From: Candidatus Omnitrophota bacterium
Lineage (GTDB): Bacteria; Omnitrophota; Gorgyraeia; Tantalellales; Tantalellaceae
Direction of reading: 5' to 3'
Assembly: GCA_043811395.1 (NCBI GenBank)
Contig: JBDRNE010000115.1
Coordinates: 12,212 to 76,211 of the forward strand
DNA length: 64,000 nucleotides
The translations under genes were made by a program, and so were the position numbers. Below are positions 47,680 through 57,036 of the stretch, in pieces (position 1 is the stretch's first letter; the number at the start of each line of letters is the position of its first letter). The notes beneath the pieces were generated by a model. The model was given only the letters and a program-made list of their open reading frames with translations, had not been told where the DNA came from and searched no databases.

Positions 47680-48831
47680 ATGTTACGATATATGACCGCT
47701 GGAGAATCTCACGGTAAAGCTTTAATAGCGATTATTGATGGTGTGCCGGCGGGTCTTACCATTGATGAAAAAGCCGTGAAATTTATATGGGACGAACTCC
47801 ATAAGAGGATGTCGGGATATGGTAGAGGCGCACGTATGGCAATAGAAACTGATTGCGGAAAGAATGTGGAAATATTGTCGGGTATTCGTAAAGGCGTAAC
47901 CATAGGTAGTCCCGTAGCGATAGAACTTGTTAATAACGATTTTAAAATTAATGATTTGCCGGATGTTAAATGTCCGAGGCCGGGGCACGCGGATTTGGCA
48001 GGTATGCAGAAATATAATTTTAAAGACGCGAGAGATGTTCTTGAACGTGCTAGCGCGCGTGAAACTGCCGCGAGAGTAGCCGTGGGAGCGGTTATTAAAT
48101 TGTTTCTCAAAGAATTCGGCATAAGGATATTGAGTCATGTGACTATGATAGGTCGGGTTAAGGCGCGTACGGGAAATCTTTCGTTTGATGAAATTGCCAG
48201 TCTTACAGATCCGGATACCTCACCCTTGCGATGCGCGGATAAAAACGCTGAGAAAAAAATGTGTAAAGAAATTGATAAGGCAAAAGCGCATGGTGATACT
48301 CTCGGCGGGGCTTTTGAAGTTGTTGCTACCGGTGTTCCTTCGGGGCTTGGTAGTTATGTTCAGTGGGATAAAAGGTTAGACGCGGAATTGGCGCGCTTAA
48401 TTGTATCAATTCCGGCTGTGAAAGCTGTTTCAATCGGTGAGGGTATTGCGGTTGCCGCGAATACGGGATCAGAAACGCATGACCCAATAGAATATGATAT
48501 GAACGAGAAAATATTTAAAAGAACGACTAATAATGCCGGCGGGATTGAAGGCGGCATGACGAATGGTATGCCTGTTATAATTACCGGGTTTATGAAACCA
48601 ATAGCGACTTTAAAAAATCCGTTAAAGTCAGTTGATATTGATAGTAAAAAGGAATCTACGGCGGCAACTGAAAGGTCGGATGTTACGGCTGTCGCGGCGT
48701 GTGGAGTGGTCGCTGAATCTATGGCGGCGTTTGGAATAGGCGCGGCGTTTTTAGATAAATTCGGTGGAGATTCTATGCGGGAAGTGCAGTGTAATTATGG
48801 CGCATATATGGAATACCTGAAAAAAATGTAA
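47680..48831 (+). CDS. aroC: Chorismate synthase
   Basis: The N-terminus is MLRYMTAGESHGKAL. The RBS is AGAGGGGGAG. Confidence 0.95.
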   Translation: MLRYMTAGESHGKALIAIIDGVPAGLTIDEKAVKFIWDELHKRMSGYGRGARMAIETDCGKNVEILSGIRKGVTIGSPVAIELVNNDFKINDLPDVKCPRPGHADLAGMQKYNFKDARDVLERASARETAARVAVGAVIKLFLKEFGIRILSHVTMIGRVKARTGNLSFDEIASLTDPDTSPLRCADKNAEKKMCKEIDKAKAHGDTLGGAFEVVATGVPSGLGSYVQWDKRLDAELARLIVSIPAVKAVSIGEGIAVAANTGSETHDPIEYDMNEKIFKRTTNNAGGIEGGMTNGMPVIITGFMKPIATLKNPLKSVDIDSKKESTAATERSDVTAVAACGVVAESMAAFGIGAAFLDKFGGDSMREVQCNYGAYMEYLKKM

Positions 48832-48858
48832 GATTAAAAGGTTTGGTAATCAGAAAAT

Positions 48859-49377
48859 ATGAAGAATATTGTTCTTGTGGGTTTTATGGGGACTGGAAAA
48901 ACTATTATTTCTAAAGCGTTGTCCGAGCGTTTAAAAAAAAAGCGTGTTAGTATAGATGAAATGATAGAGCTTCAGGAAGGTAAAAAAATTAGTGATATTT
49001 TTAAAGATCAGGGGGAAGCTTACTTTCGGGTAATAGAAAAAGTTTTGGTCAAAGAAGTATCTCGTAAATCCGATCAAATAGTAGACGCGGGCGGCGGGGT
49101 AGTGTTGGACGCGGAAAATATGAAAAACCTAAAAAGTAACGGGTTTGTGATTTGTCTTTGGGCTGACCCAAAAGTTATTTATGAAAGGACAAAAAAGTAT
49201 AAGCATAGGCCTCTTTTAAAGGTGGAAAGCCCTATGCAAAAAATTGAAGAACTGTTGGAGTTTAGGCGCTCCTTTTATGAAAAATCTGATTTTCATATTG
49301 ATACAACAAATTTAGATATAGATACGATACTGAAAAAGATAGAATTAATTATAACCAAAACCGAATCCAAAAAATAA
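48859..49377 (+). CDS. aroK: Shikimate kinase
   Basis: The P-loop is GFMGTGKT. Confidence 0.9.
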   Translation: MKNIVLVGFMGTGKTIISKALSERLKKKRVSIDEMIELQEGKKISDIFKDQGEAYFRVIEKVLVKEVSRKSDQIVDAGGGVVLDAENMKNLKSNGFVICLWADPKVIYERTKKYKHRPLLKVESPMQKIEELLEFRRSFYEKSDFHIDTTNLDIDTILKKIELIITKTESKK

Positions 49378-49569
49378 ATACACATTTTAGATTCCGGATA
49401 CCCTGTTCCTCTTCGACAAGTTCCTGTCGATATCACTCGAGACAGGCAGGACAGGCAGGCCTGGTAAAGGGTTTCGGGATGACAATTCGGGGAATTATTT
49501 TTTGGAATGGGCATAATAACGATACGAGTAGCAGGAAAGGGTTAACGTAATAACGAAAGTGAGGGTTTA

Positions 49570-50604
49570 ATGTCAAAAGATGCGGGGAAAAACCGTGAAA
49601 ATAAAAAAATGAAGAAGGAGACTCTTCTGTGGGGGCTGTTTTTCGAAAAACTTCTTCAAAACGTTGATGCTTCGGTAATGGTTACGGATAGAGAAGAAAA
49701 AGTAATATTCGCAAATGAAAGGTATTTGGATTTTTTTAGTTTTAGAAAAGAGGAGATACTTGGTAAGAGCTGGATTGAAACTGTTATCCCAAAGGCTCAA
49801 CGAGAGTTAGTAAAAAAAATTTTTGAAGATATAAAAGCGAAAAAAATGCTTGGTAAATTTGATACCCCAGTTGCGAATTCAAAAAAATTAAAAAAACATT
49901 TATGCTGGATAGCTATTCCCTTAGAGGAAGAGCGTACAATGTTGTATACCTTTATTGGAAAAGAAATAACGGAATCTCCCGGGCAGAAAATAGTAAAGGT
50001 GTATAAAAATACAAAAGTGACGTTAAATACGGCATATGCTGAAGTTGTTGAGGCGCTTTTTTCCGCCGCGGAAGTAAGTGAACCCGGGACAGCAAAACAC
50101 GCGACAAGGGTTATGCTTTTCGCGGGTGCATTAGCAAAAAAGCTTAATATTTCGCAAGAGGATATTGAAAAACTTAAAGTAGCATCTCTTCTGCATGATC
50201 TCGGAAAACTGGCTGTTGATGAAAAGATATTGTTTAAGAAAGGCAAACTGAACGGAGAAGAATTTGAACAAATAAAAAACCATCCGCGATGGGGGTCGGA
50301 GATGATATATCTTGTATATTTTTTAAGAGATATTATCCCGATTATGGCTAATCACCATGAAAATTATGATGGGACGGGTTATCCTGATGGGCTTGAAGGT
50401 GAAAATATTCCGCTATCAGCGAGAGTTTTGGGAATAGCGGATATATATGAAGCTTTAACCGCGGACAGGCCTTACCGCAGAGGTTTTTCTCACGAAGACG
50501 CGGTGGAAATAATAAAAAGTGAAAAAGGCCGAAAACTAGATCCCGCGATTACGGATGTGTTTTTAGAAATGTTAAAAAACGGAGAGATAAAGGAGAATAT
50601 TTGA
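49570..50604 (+). CDS. HD-GYP domain phosphodiesterase with N-terminal PAS-like sensor domain
   Basis: The motifs HDLGK and HHENYDGTGYP are present. Confidence 0.85.
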   Translation: MSKDAGKNRENKKMKKETLLWGLFFEKLLQNVDASVMVTDREEKVIFANERYLDFFSFRKEEILGKSWIETVIPKAQRELVKKIFEDIKAKKMLGKFDTPVANSKKLKKHLCWIAIPLEEERTMLYTFIGKEITESPGQKIVKVYKNTKVTLNTAYAEVVEALFSAAEVSEPGTAKHATRVMLFAGALAKKLNISQEDIEKLKVASLLHDLGKLAVDEKILFKKGKLNGEEFEQIKNHPRWGSEMIYLVYFLRDIIPIMANHHENYDGTGYPDGLEGENIPLSARVLGIADIYEALTADRPYRRGFSHEDAVEIIKSEKGRKLDPAITDVFLEMLKNGEIKENI

Positions 50605-51728
50605 ATTCAACATGTTGTGATCTGATGGCTCTTAGCTTTGTTGACGGTCTTGGCCCAAGAAGAATTTTATCAATTATAAACAAAGTTCCTGAAGGGAAAA
50701 ATATATTTTTGATGCCGGATTTTAAAATCGCGGAAATTATATCAAACTTAAAAACTATTGATAAAATAAAAAAGGTAAAAGATACTGATGAATATAAACG
50801 GGAATTAGAGTACGTTCAAAAAGAAAAAATCTCAGTTTTATGTTTAAAAGATAAAGAGTATTCCTGTAATTTGAAAAGCATATATGATCCTCCGGCGGTT
50901 CTTTACTGTAAAGGAGATTTTTTAGACGCGGATATTAATGCTGTTGCCATTGTTGGATCTCGGCGATGTTCCTTGTATGGGCAGAAAATGGCAAAAAGTT
51001 TAGCCGCGGACCTTGCAAAAAAAGGAATAACCGTAGTAAGCGGGATGGCAAGGGGGATAGATATAGCGGCGCATAGAGGGGCTCTTGAAGCGGGCGGGCG
51101 CACTATCGCGGTTATGGGAAGCGGGTTCAGGCATATTTATCCAGTAGAGGCAAAACCTTTGATTGAAGAAATATGCCATAGTGGAGCGGTTATCACTGAA
51201 TATAGTTCAGAAACTCATCCTCTGCGTCAAAATTTTCCAAGACGTAACAGAATTATAAGTGGATTGGTTAAGGCTGTTGTGGTTGTTGAAGCGGCAGAAA
51301 GAAGCGGTGCTATGATAACCGTGGATTTCGCTCTTGAACAGGGTCGGGAAGTTTTTGCCGTGCCTGGCAGAGTTGATTCATATGCAGCCAATGGCTCTAA
51401 TAAGCTTATACAAGACGGTGCTAAATTAGTAATGTCAGCCGAAGATATTCTTAATGAGCTTAATCTTGAAAAAATAGATGCCATAAAAAGGTCTGATAAA
51501 GAAGTAACCGTGGAAGTTCTGAACAAATTAGATAATGAAGAACGGATGGTGCTTGACTTAATCAGTATTGAAAAAAATGCGCATATTGATGATATTCTGG
51601 AGCAAACCAATTTAGATCCGGGAAGAGTTCACGCGGCAATACTTAAAATGCAGATGAAGAGGTTGATAAAAGAAATACCTGGAAAATATTTTGCTTTGAC
51701 AAATGAAAAACTATCAAGAAAAGGATGA
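50601..51728 (+). CDS. dprA: DNA-processing protein A (Smf), Rossmann-fold ssDNA-binding domain plus C-terminal winged helix
   Basis: The sequence GSRRCSLYGQKMA...SGMARGIDIAAHRGALEAGGRTIAVMGSG is present. The TTG at 50601 follows AAGGAG at ideal spacing and overlaps the HD-GYP stop codon. Confidence 0.9.
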   Translation: MNSTCCDLMALSFVDGLGPRRILSIINKVPEGKNIFLMPDFKIAEIISNLKTIDKIKKVKDTDEYKRELEYVQKEKISVLCLKDKEYSCNLKSIYDPPAVLYCKGDFLDADINAVAIVGSRRCSLYGQKMAKSLAADLAKKGITVVSGMARGIDIAAHRGALEAGGRTIAVMGSGFRHIYPVEAKPLIEEICHSGAVITEYSSETHPLRQNFPRRNRIISGLVKAVVVVEAAERSGAMITVDFALEQGREVFAVPGRVDSYAANGSNKLIQDGAKLVMSAEDILNELNLEKIDAIKRSDKEVTVEVLNKLDNEERMVLDLISIEKNAHIDDILEQTNLDPGRVHAAILKMQMKRLIKEIPGKYFALTNEKLSRKG

Positions 51729-51734
51729 GTATTT

Positions 51735-53795
51735 ATGGCGGTTAAGAAGAAGACAACTAAAACAAAAAAAAACCTGTCAAAATTTTTGGTAATTGTAGAA
51801 TCTCCCGCAAAATCAAAAACCATAAATAAGATATTGGGAAAAAATTTTAAAGTATTGGCAAGTATGGGGCATATCATTGATTTGCCGGTGGATAGAATGG
51901 GAATTGATTTTGAAAATGGGTTTAAGCCAGAATATATGGTTATGAAAGGTAGAAAAAAATATTTGAACAGTCTTAAAAAAGAGGCCAAAACCGCTTCCGC
52001 GATATATCTTGCCGCTGACCCTGATAGAGAAGGAGAAGCGATTTGCTGGCATCTGAAGAATTCTCTCGCGAAAAAAGATACTACTTTTCATAGGGTAAGT
52101 TTTGGAGAAATAACGGAAAAAGCTGTTAAAGCCGCATTTCTTCATCCGGGTGAACTGGATATGAACAAGATAAATGCTCAGCAGGCACGCCGGATTTTAG
52201 ACAGGATTGTCGGATATTCTTTAAGTCCGCTTTTGTGGCGAAAAATAACAAGGGGATTAAGCGCTGGCCGGGTACAATCAGTAGCTGTTATGTTGATTGT
52301 AAGACGAGAAGAAGAAATAAGGCGGTTTAAATCTGAAGAGTATTGGAGTATAGAAGCTCTTTTGAGTAAGAAAAACCAAAAAGATGAGGTTTCTCCGGAG
52401 TTTAACGCGCGTCTCGTAAAATATAAAGGCGAAAAAATTGATATACCAGATGAAGAGACTGTTAAAGAGATTGTTTCAAATGTTGAGAAGGAAGAGTTTA
52501 AAGTAGCGGATATCAGTCGTAAAGATAAAAAGAGCTATCCAAGGGCGCCTTATATTACTTCAGCTTTACAGCAGGACGCGTTTAATAAATTGAATTTTTC
52601 AGCTAACAAGACAATGAGAATCGCGCAAAGTCTTTATGAAGGAATAGACCTGGGCGAAGAAGGAAGTGTTGGTTTAATAACGTATATGCGTACAGATTCT
52701 GTTCGCGTGTCTCTCGATGCGGCAGATGACGCGAAAAAATATATATTAAGCGAATACGGAGAAAAATATTACGCGAAAAAGCAAGTGCAGTACAAATCGA
52801 AAAAAGGAGCGCAAGAAGCGCATGAAGCAATAAGACCCACTCTTCCATTAAGGCCGCCTGATGAAATAGCAGGAATGTTGAGTGTGGATGAGTTAAAGCT
52901 TTATAGCCTGATCTGGAAACGATTTATTGCTAGCCAGATGGAGAATGCTCTTTTTTCTGTTTTAACTGTAAACATATCTGCCGGAGATTACAGGTTTCGT
53001 GCTGGCGGGAGCCAGCTTATTTTTGACGGGTTTTTGAAAGTTTATAAAGGTATGGATGATATTACTGAGGATGATTCAGAAATACCTGATCTTACAGTCG
53101 GAGAAATAGTTGACCTGAAGGAATTGGTTCCCGAACAGCATTTTACAAAACCACCGGCGCGGTATACAGACGCTTCTTTAGTAAAAATTTTGGAAGAAAA
53201 AGGTATCGGCCGGCCTTCAACATACGCGCCGATTATACGTACAGTTATAAATAGAAACTATATTCAGCGTAAAGGCAAAGCTCTTCATCCGACGGAGTTA
53301 GGGGAATTAGTTAACGGTCTTCTTCTTGAAAATTTTCCGGATGTTGTAGACGAAGAATTTACGGCGAAAATGGAAACGGAACTTGATAATATCGAGGATG
53401 GAAAGATTAAATGGGTCGAGGTATTGAAAAACTTTTATTTGCCTTTTACAAAGAAACTTGAGGAAGCAAAGGAACGAATGCGTAATGTTAAGAGACAGGT
53501 TGTGACAACCGATGAAATATGTGATAAATGCGGGAAACCAATGGTTATAAAATGGGGGCGTCGTGGAAGATTTTTGAGTTGTTCGGATTTTCCGACGTGT
53601 AAAAACGCGAAATCAATAACAACAGGCGTTAAATGTCCTGAACCAAACTGTGACGGTGAACTCTTGGAACGGAAGTCTTCCCGGGGGATGTTTTACGGAT
53701 GTACAAGATATCCTAAATGTACACATACGACAAAAAAACTTCCGGTACCAGAAGAAAACGATAACGGCGCATCAGATTACGTTGAGGAGGAATAA
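51735..53795 (+). CDS. topA: DNA topoisomerase I (type IA) with C-terminal zinc ribbons
   Basis: The TOPRIM region is VIVESPAKSKTI. The active-site Tyr region is present. The C-terminal C4 Zn fingers are CDKCG...CSDFPTC and CPEPNC...CTRYPKC. Confidence 0.95.
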   Translation: MAVKKKTTKTKKNLSKFLVIVESPAKSKTINKILGKNFKVLASMGHIIDLPVDRMGIDFENGFKPEYMVMKGRKKYLNSLKKEAKTASAIYLAADPDREGEAICWHLKNSLAKKDTTFHRVSFGEITEKAVKAAFLHPGELDMNKINAQQARRILDRIVGYSLSPLLWRKITRGLSAGRVQSVAVMLIVRREEEIRRFKSEEYWSIEALLSKKNQKDEVSPEFNARLVKYKGEKIDIPDEETVKEIVSNVEKEEFKVADISRKDKKSYPRAPYITSALQQDAFNKLNFSANKTMRIAQSLYEGIDLGEEGSVGLITYMRTDSVRVSLDAADDAKKYILSEYGEKYYAKKQVQYKSKKGAQEAHEAIRPTLPLRPPDEIAGMLSVDELKLYSLIWKRFIASQMENALFSVLTVNISAGDYRFRAGGSQLIFDGFLKVYKGMDDITEDDSEIPDLTVGEIVDLKELVPEQHFTKPPARYTDASLVKILEEKGIGRPSTYAPIIRTVINRNYIQRKGKALHPTELGELVNGLLLENFPDVVDEEFTAKMETELDNIEDGKIKWVEVLKNFYLPFTKKLEEAKERMRNVKRQVVTTDEICDKCGKPMVIKWGRRGRFLSCSDFPTCKNAKSITTGVKCPEPNCDGELLERKSSRGMFYGCTRYPKCTHTTKKLPVPEENDNGASDYVEEE

Positions 53796-53800
53796 AACCG

Positions 53801-54673
53801 GTGAGGCGTTATATAGAAAAGTTCAGGAATTATCTCGATATAGAAAAAAATTATTCAGTCCACACTTTAAGAAACTATCAGTCTGATCTTAAGGAACTGT
53901 CAATTTTTTTGGAAAACAAAGATATAAAAGATGTGAATCATCTTGATATTAGGCGTTTTTTAGCGGAATTAAAGCAAAAAGGTTCTGCGAAACGTACTAT
54001 TGTTAGAAAATTGGGCGCGGTACGGTCGTTTTTTAAGTTTCTTTTTCGAGAAAAATATATAGAATCCGATCCGGCAGGAAGTGTTTTTACTCCGAAACTT
54101 GATAAAAGATTGCCTGAATTTCTTGATCTTGAAAAAACTTTAAAGCTTATTACTTCACCAAATTCTGATACTTTTTTAGGATTAAGGGATCGGGCTATGT
54201 TAGAGGTTTTGTATTCAACAGGTATCAGAGTAAGCGAATTGGTGGGACTTAACATTCAGAATATTGATTTTATAGCGGGTGTAATTAAGGTAAGAGGGAA
54301 AGGTAAAAAGGAACGGATTGCATTGCTTGGACAGCAGGCTCAATTGTCTCTCAGGCGGTATGTGCGAGAAAAACAGGGGTTTTCGGCGGTGGAAGAGAAA
54401 GCAGTGTTTCTCAACAGGTTTGGCGGACGGCTTACGGATAGAAGTGTAAGACGGCTTATTGATAAATATGTAAAAAAATGCAGTATAGAACAAAAGATAT
54501 CTCCCCATTCTATTCGTCACTCATTTGCTACGCATATGATAAATAATGGTGCGGATCTAAGAAGCGTGCAGGAACTGTTGGGTCACAAAAATCTGTCAAC
54601 GACTCAGATTTATACTCATCTTGGTTCACAAAGAATTAAAACTATGTATACAAAAGCACATCCAAGAGCCTGA
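53801..54673 (+). CDS. xerC: Tyrosine site-specific recombinase XerC/XerD family
   Basis: The C-terminal catalytic motif is HSIRHSFATHM...LGHKNLSTTQIYTH. The GTG start follows GAGGAGG. Confidence 0.85.
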   Translation: MRRYIEKFRNYLDIEKNYSVHTLRNYQSDLKELSIFLENKDIKDVNHLDIRRFLAELKQKGSAKRTIVRKLGAVRSFFKFLFREKYIESDPAGSVFTPKLDKRLPEFLDLEKTLKLITSPNSDTFLGLRDRAMLEVLYSTGIRVSELVGLNIQNIDFIAGVIKVRGKGKKERIALLGQQAQLSLRRYVREKQGFSAVEEKAVFLNRFGGRLTDRSVRRLIDKYVKKCSIEQKISPHSIRHSFATHMINNGADLRSVQELLGHKNLSTTQIYTHLGSQRIKTMYTKAHPRA

Positions 54674-54697
54674 TTTTTTAGGCGGGATAAAGCTATT

Positions 54698-55972
54698 ATG
54701 AAATTTTTATATGATTTAGTTTTTATAATTTTCAGTATTTTATATGTGCCATATCTTGTGTTTAAGGGCAAAGCCCATAAAGGGTTTTCGGAAAAATTTG
54801 GATTTTTGCCGGAAAAAGTTACAAGATTGCGTAATCCCGTGTGGATACATTCTGTAAGTGTCGGTGAAGCGGTTTTGGGTGTTAAACTGTCCGCGTATTT
54901 AAAAAAATGTTTTCCAGATAGACCTATAATTGTTTCAACTACAACACGGACAGGCTATGATGTGGTTTCAAAAACGCAAAATGGTTTCGTGGACGCGGTA
55001 TTTTATTATCCCATGGATTTAAGTTTTATTACGGCTAAGGTTGTATCAAAGATAGAGCCGTTCGCCTATATTATGATTGAAACCGAGCTTTGGCCGAATA
55101 TGTTACGTGAATTACAGTCACGGAACATTCCGGTTATAATGGTGAACGGGAGGATATCTGATTCGTCGTTCAAAAATTATAAGCGCGTAAAATTTCTGAT
55201 GACACGTATTTTAAAATGCGTTAGCTGTTTTTGTATGCAGACAGAGCGGGATGCTGAAAAAATTGCACAATTGGGCGCGTCAAAAAACAAAATATTTGTT
55301 TCCGGAAATATGAAATTTGATGAAGGTCTTTGTTCTTCGGGGCAAAAAGGTATTAATCCGGAGTGTTTTGGATTTCATGATAAGGACAAAGTTATAGTCG
55401 CGGGGAGCACTCATTTTCCGGAAGAAATTGATATTATTGACGTTTATAAAGATTTAAAGGCGGAACGAAGTAATCTGCGGCTTATTATCGCGCCTCGTCA
55501 TGTGGAACGCACTTCGAAAATACAGAATGATATTGAAAAGGCAGGGTTAAACTGTCTCCGATTTTCTGAAATTTTGAAAAGCGGCGTTCATGACAATTTT
55601 TCAAATAAAATAATACTGGTGGATACGATAGGGCATTTGGCTGATATTTACAGTGTAGCGGATATTGTTTTTATAGGCGGTAGTTTGGTAAAAAAGGGCG
55701 GGCAGAATCCGATAGAACCTGCAAGGTGGGGGAAAATTGTTATTTTCGGGCCCAATATGTTTAATTTTCGAAAGATAACGGATACATTTTTAGAAAATAA
55801 CGCGGCTTGTAAAATAAGAAACAAGCAGGAACTTAAAATAAAGATAAAAGAATTTTTATCGAACACGCGAAAGAGTTGTGAAATGTCAAAAAATGCTTTA
55901 AAAGTTATTGAACAAAATTCAGGGGCAATTGAAAAAACAGTTGAAAAAATAAAAGGATATTTGACAAGATAA
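54698..55972 (+). CDS. waaA: 3-deoxy-D-manno-octulosonic acid (Kdo) transferase
   Basis: The GT30 N-terminal motif is PVWIHSVSVGE, and a C-terminal GT-B domain is present. Confidence 0.9.
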   Translation: MKFLYDLVFIIFSILYVPYLVFKGKAHKGFSEKFGFLPEKVTRLRNPVWIHSVSVGEAVLGVKLSAYLKKCFPDRPIIVSTTTRTGYDVVSKTQNGFVDAVFYYPMDLSFITAKVVSKIEPFAYIMIETELWPNMLRELQSRNIPVIMVNGRISDSSFKNYKRVKFLMTRILKCVSCFCMQTERDAEKIAQLGASKNKIFVSGNMKFDEGLCSSGQKGINPECFGFHDKDKVIVAGSTHFPEEIDIIDVYKDLKAERSNLRLIIAPRHVERTSKIQNDIEKAGLNCLRFSEILKSGVHDNFSNKIILVDTIGHLADIYSVADIVFIGGSLVKKGGQNPIEPARWGKIVIFGPNMFNFRKITDTFLENNAACKIRNKQELKIKIKEFLSNTRKSCEMSKNALKVIEQNSGAIEKTVEKIKGYLTR

Positions 55973-56028
55973 AGGTTTTGAACAATAAGGGGATAGGACT
56001 GTTGTTTAGATTATATATCTTAAAACTT

Positions 56029-57036
56029 ATGAAAGACGAAAACTCCGGTTTTTTTGATAATCTTATAAAAGGGGTTTTGCGAATTTTATCCTGGATTTAT
56101 TATGTAGCGATAAAATTTGTAGATAAATCTTATAGGCTGGGAATTAGGCGCGAGATTAAAATAAGCATTCCGGTTATAAGTGTAGGAAATATTACTTTAG
56201 GCGGAACAGGTAAAACTCCTTTGGCGATTTTTTTAGCAGAATATTATCAAGCAAGAGGTAAAAAACCCGCGATACTTATTCGCGGGTACGGCGGGGATGA
56301 GAACCGTTTGCTTGCGGATGAACTGGCAGATATTTCTATTTTTACGGGGCAGGATCGGGTTAAAAATGCCCGTATGGCTGTTGCTAGAAAAAATGATGTT
56401 ATTATTCTGGATGACGCCTTCCAGCATAGAAGAATAAGGCGTGATTACAATATTGTGGTACTCGATAGTGTTTCTCTGTTTGGAAATAAGGCTTTAGTGC
56501 CGAGAGGAATTTTAAGGGAACCGGTTTCTTCGCTTGGGAGGGCGTCCGCGTTTGTACTTACAAAGGCGGATATGATAGGCGAAACTCGGAAGAATGCTGT
56601 TACGGAAATGTTGAAATCTAGCTTTCCGGAGATTCCGATTGCTCTAACTTGTCATAGGCCTTTGTCTTTTAGCGATGTGACAGGCGCGTCATATCCGGTA
56701 GAGACTATTAAAGGTTGGCAAATAGCTGTTGTTAGCGGAATAGGTGATCCTGATTATTTAGCGTTTTTATTGGAGAGGCAAGGAGCTAATATTGTTTTAA
56801 GACGAGACTATATGGATCATTATCAGTACACTCAGAAAGATATTGATAGGATTTCTCGCGATGTTCTCACGAGAAAAGTCCAAAAAATAATTGTAACCGC
56901 GAAAGATTATGTGAAACTTAAAAATTTAAATTTATCAAATATCGAAGACAAAACATTTATTTTAAAAATAGGCATTGATTTTATCGCCGGGAAGGAGGGG
57001 TTAATTGCTGGACTTAATAGCGTCATTTCTGGTTAG
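56029..57036 (+). CDS. lpxK: Tetraacyldisaccharide 4'-kinase
   Basis: The P-loop is GNITLGGTGKTP. With the ATG at 56029, the N-terminal TM helix aligns with the SW motif position of E. coli LpxK. The track start at 55978 is TTG. Confidence 0.85.
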   Translation: MKDENSGFFDNLIKGVLRILSWIYYVAIKFVDKSYRLGIRREIKISIPVISVGNITLGGTGKTPLAIFLAEYYQARGKKPAILIRGYGGDENRLLADELADISIFTGQDRVKNARMAVARKNDVIILDDAFQHRRIRRDYNIVVLDSVSLFGNKALVPRGILREPVSSLGRASAFVLTKADMIGETRKNAVTEMLKSSFPEIPIALTCHRPLSFSDVTGASYPVETIKGWQIAVVSGIGDPDYLAFLLERQGANIVLRRDYMDHYQYTQKDIDRISRDVLTRKVQKIIVTAKDYVKLKNLNLSNIEDKTFILKIGIDFIAGKEGLIAGLNSVISG

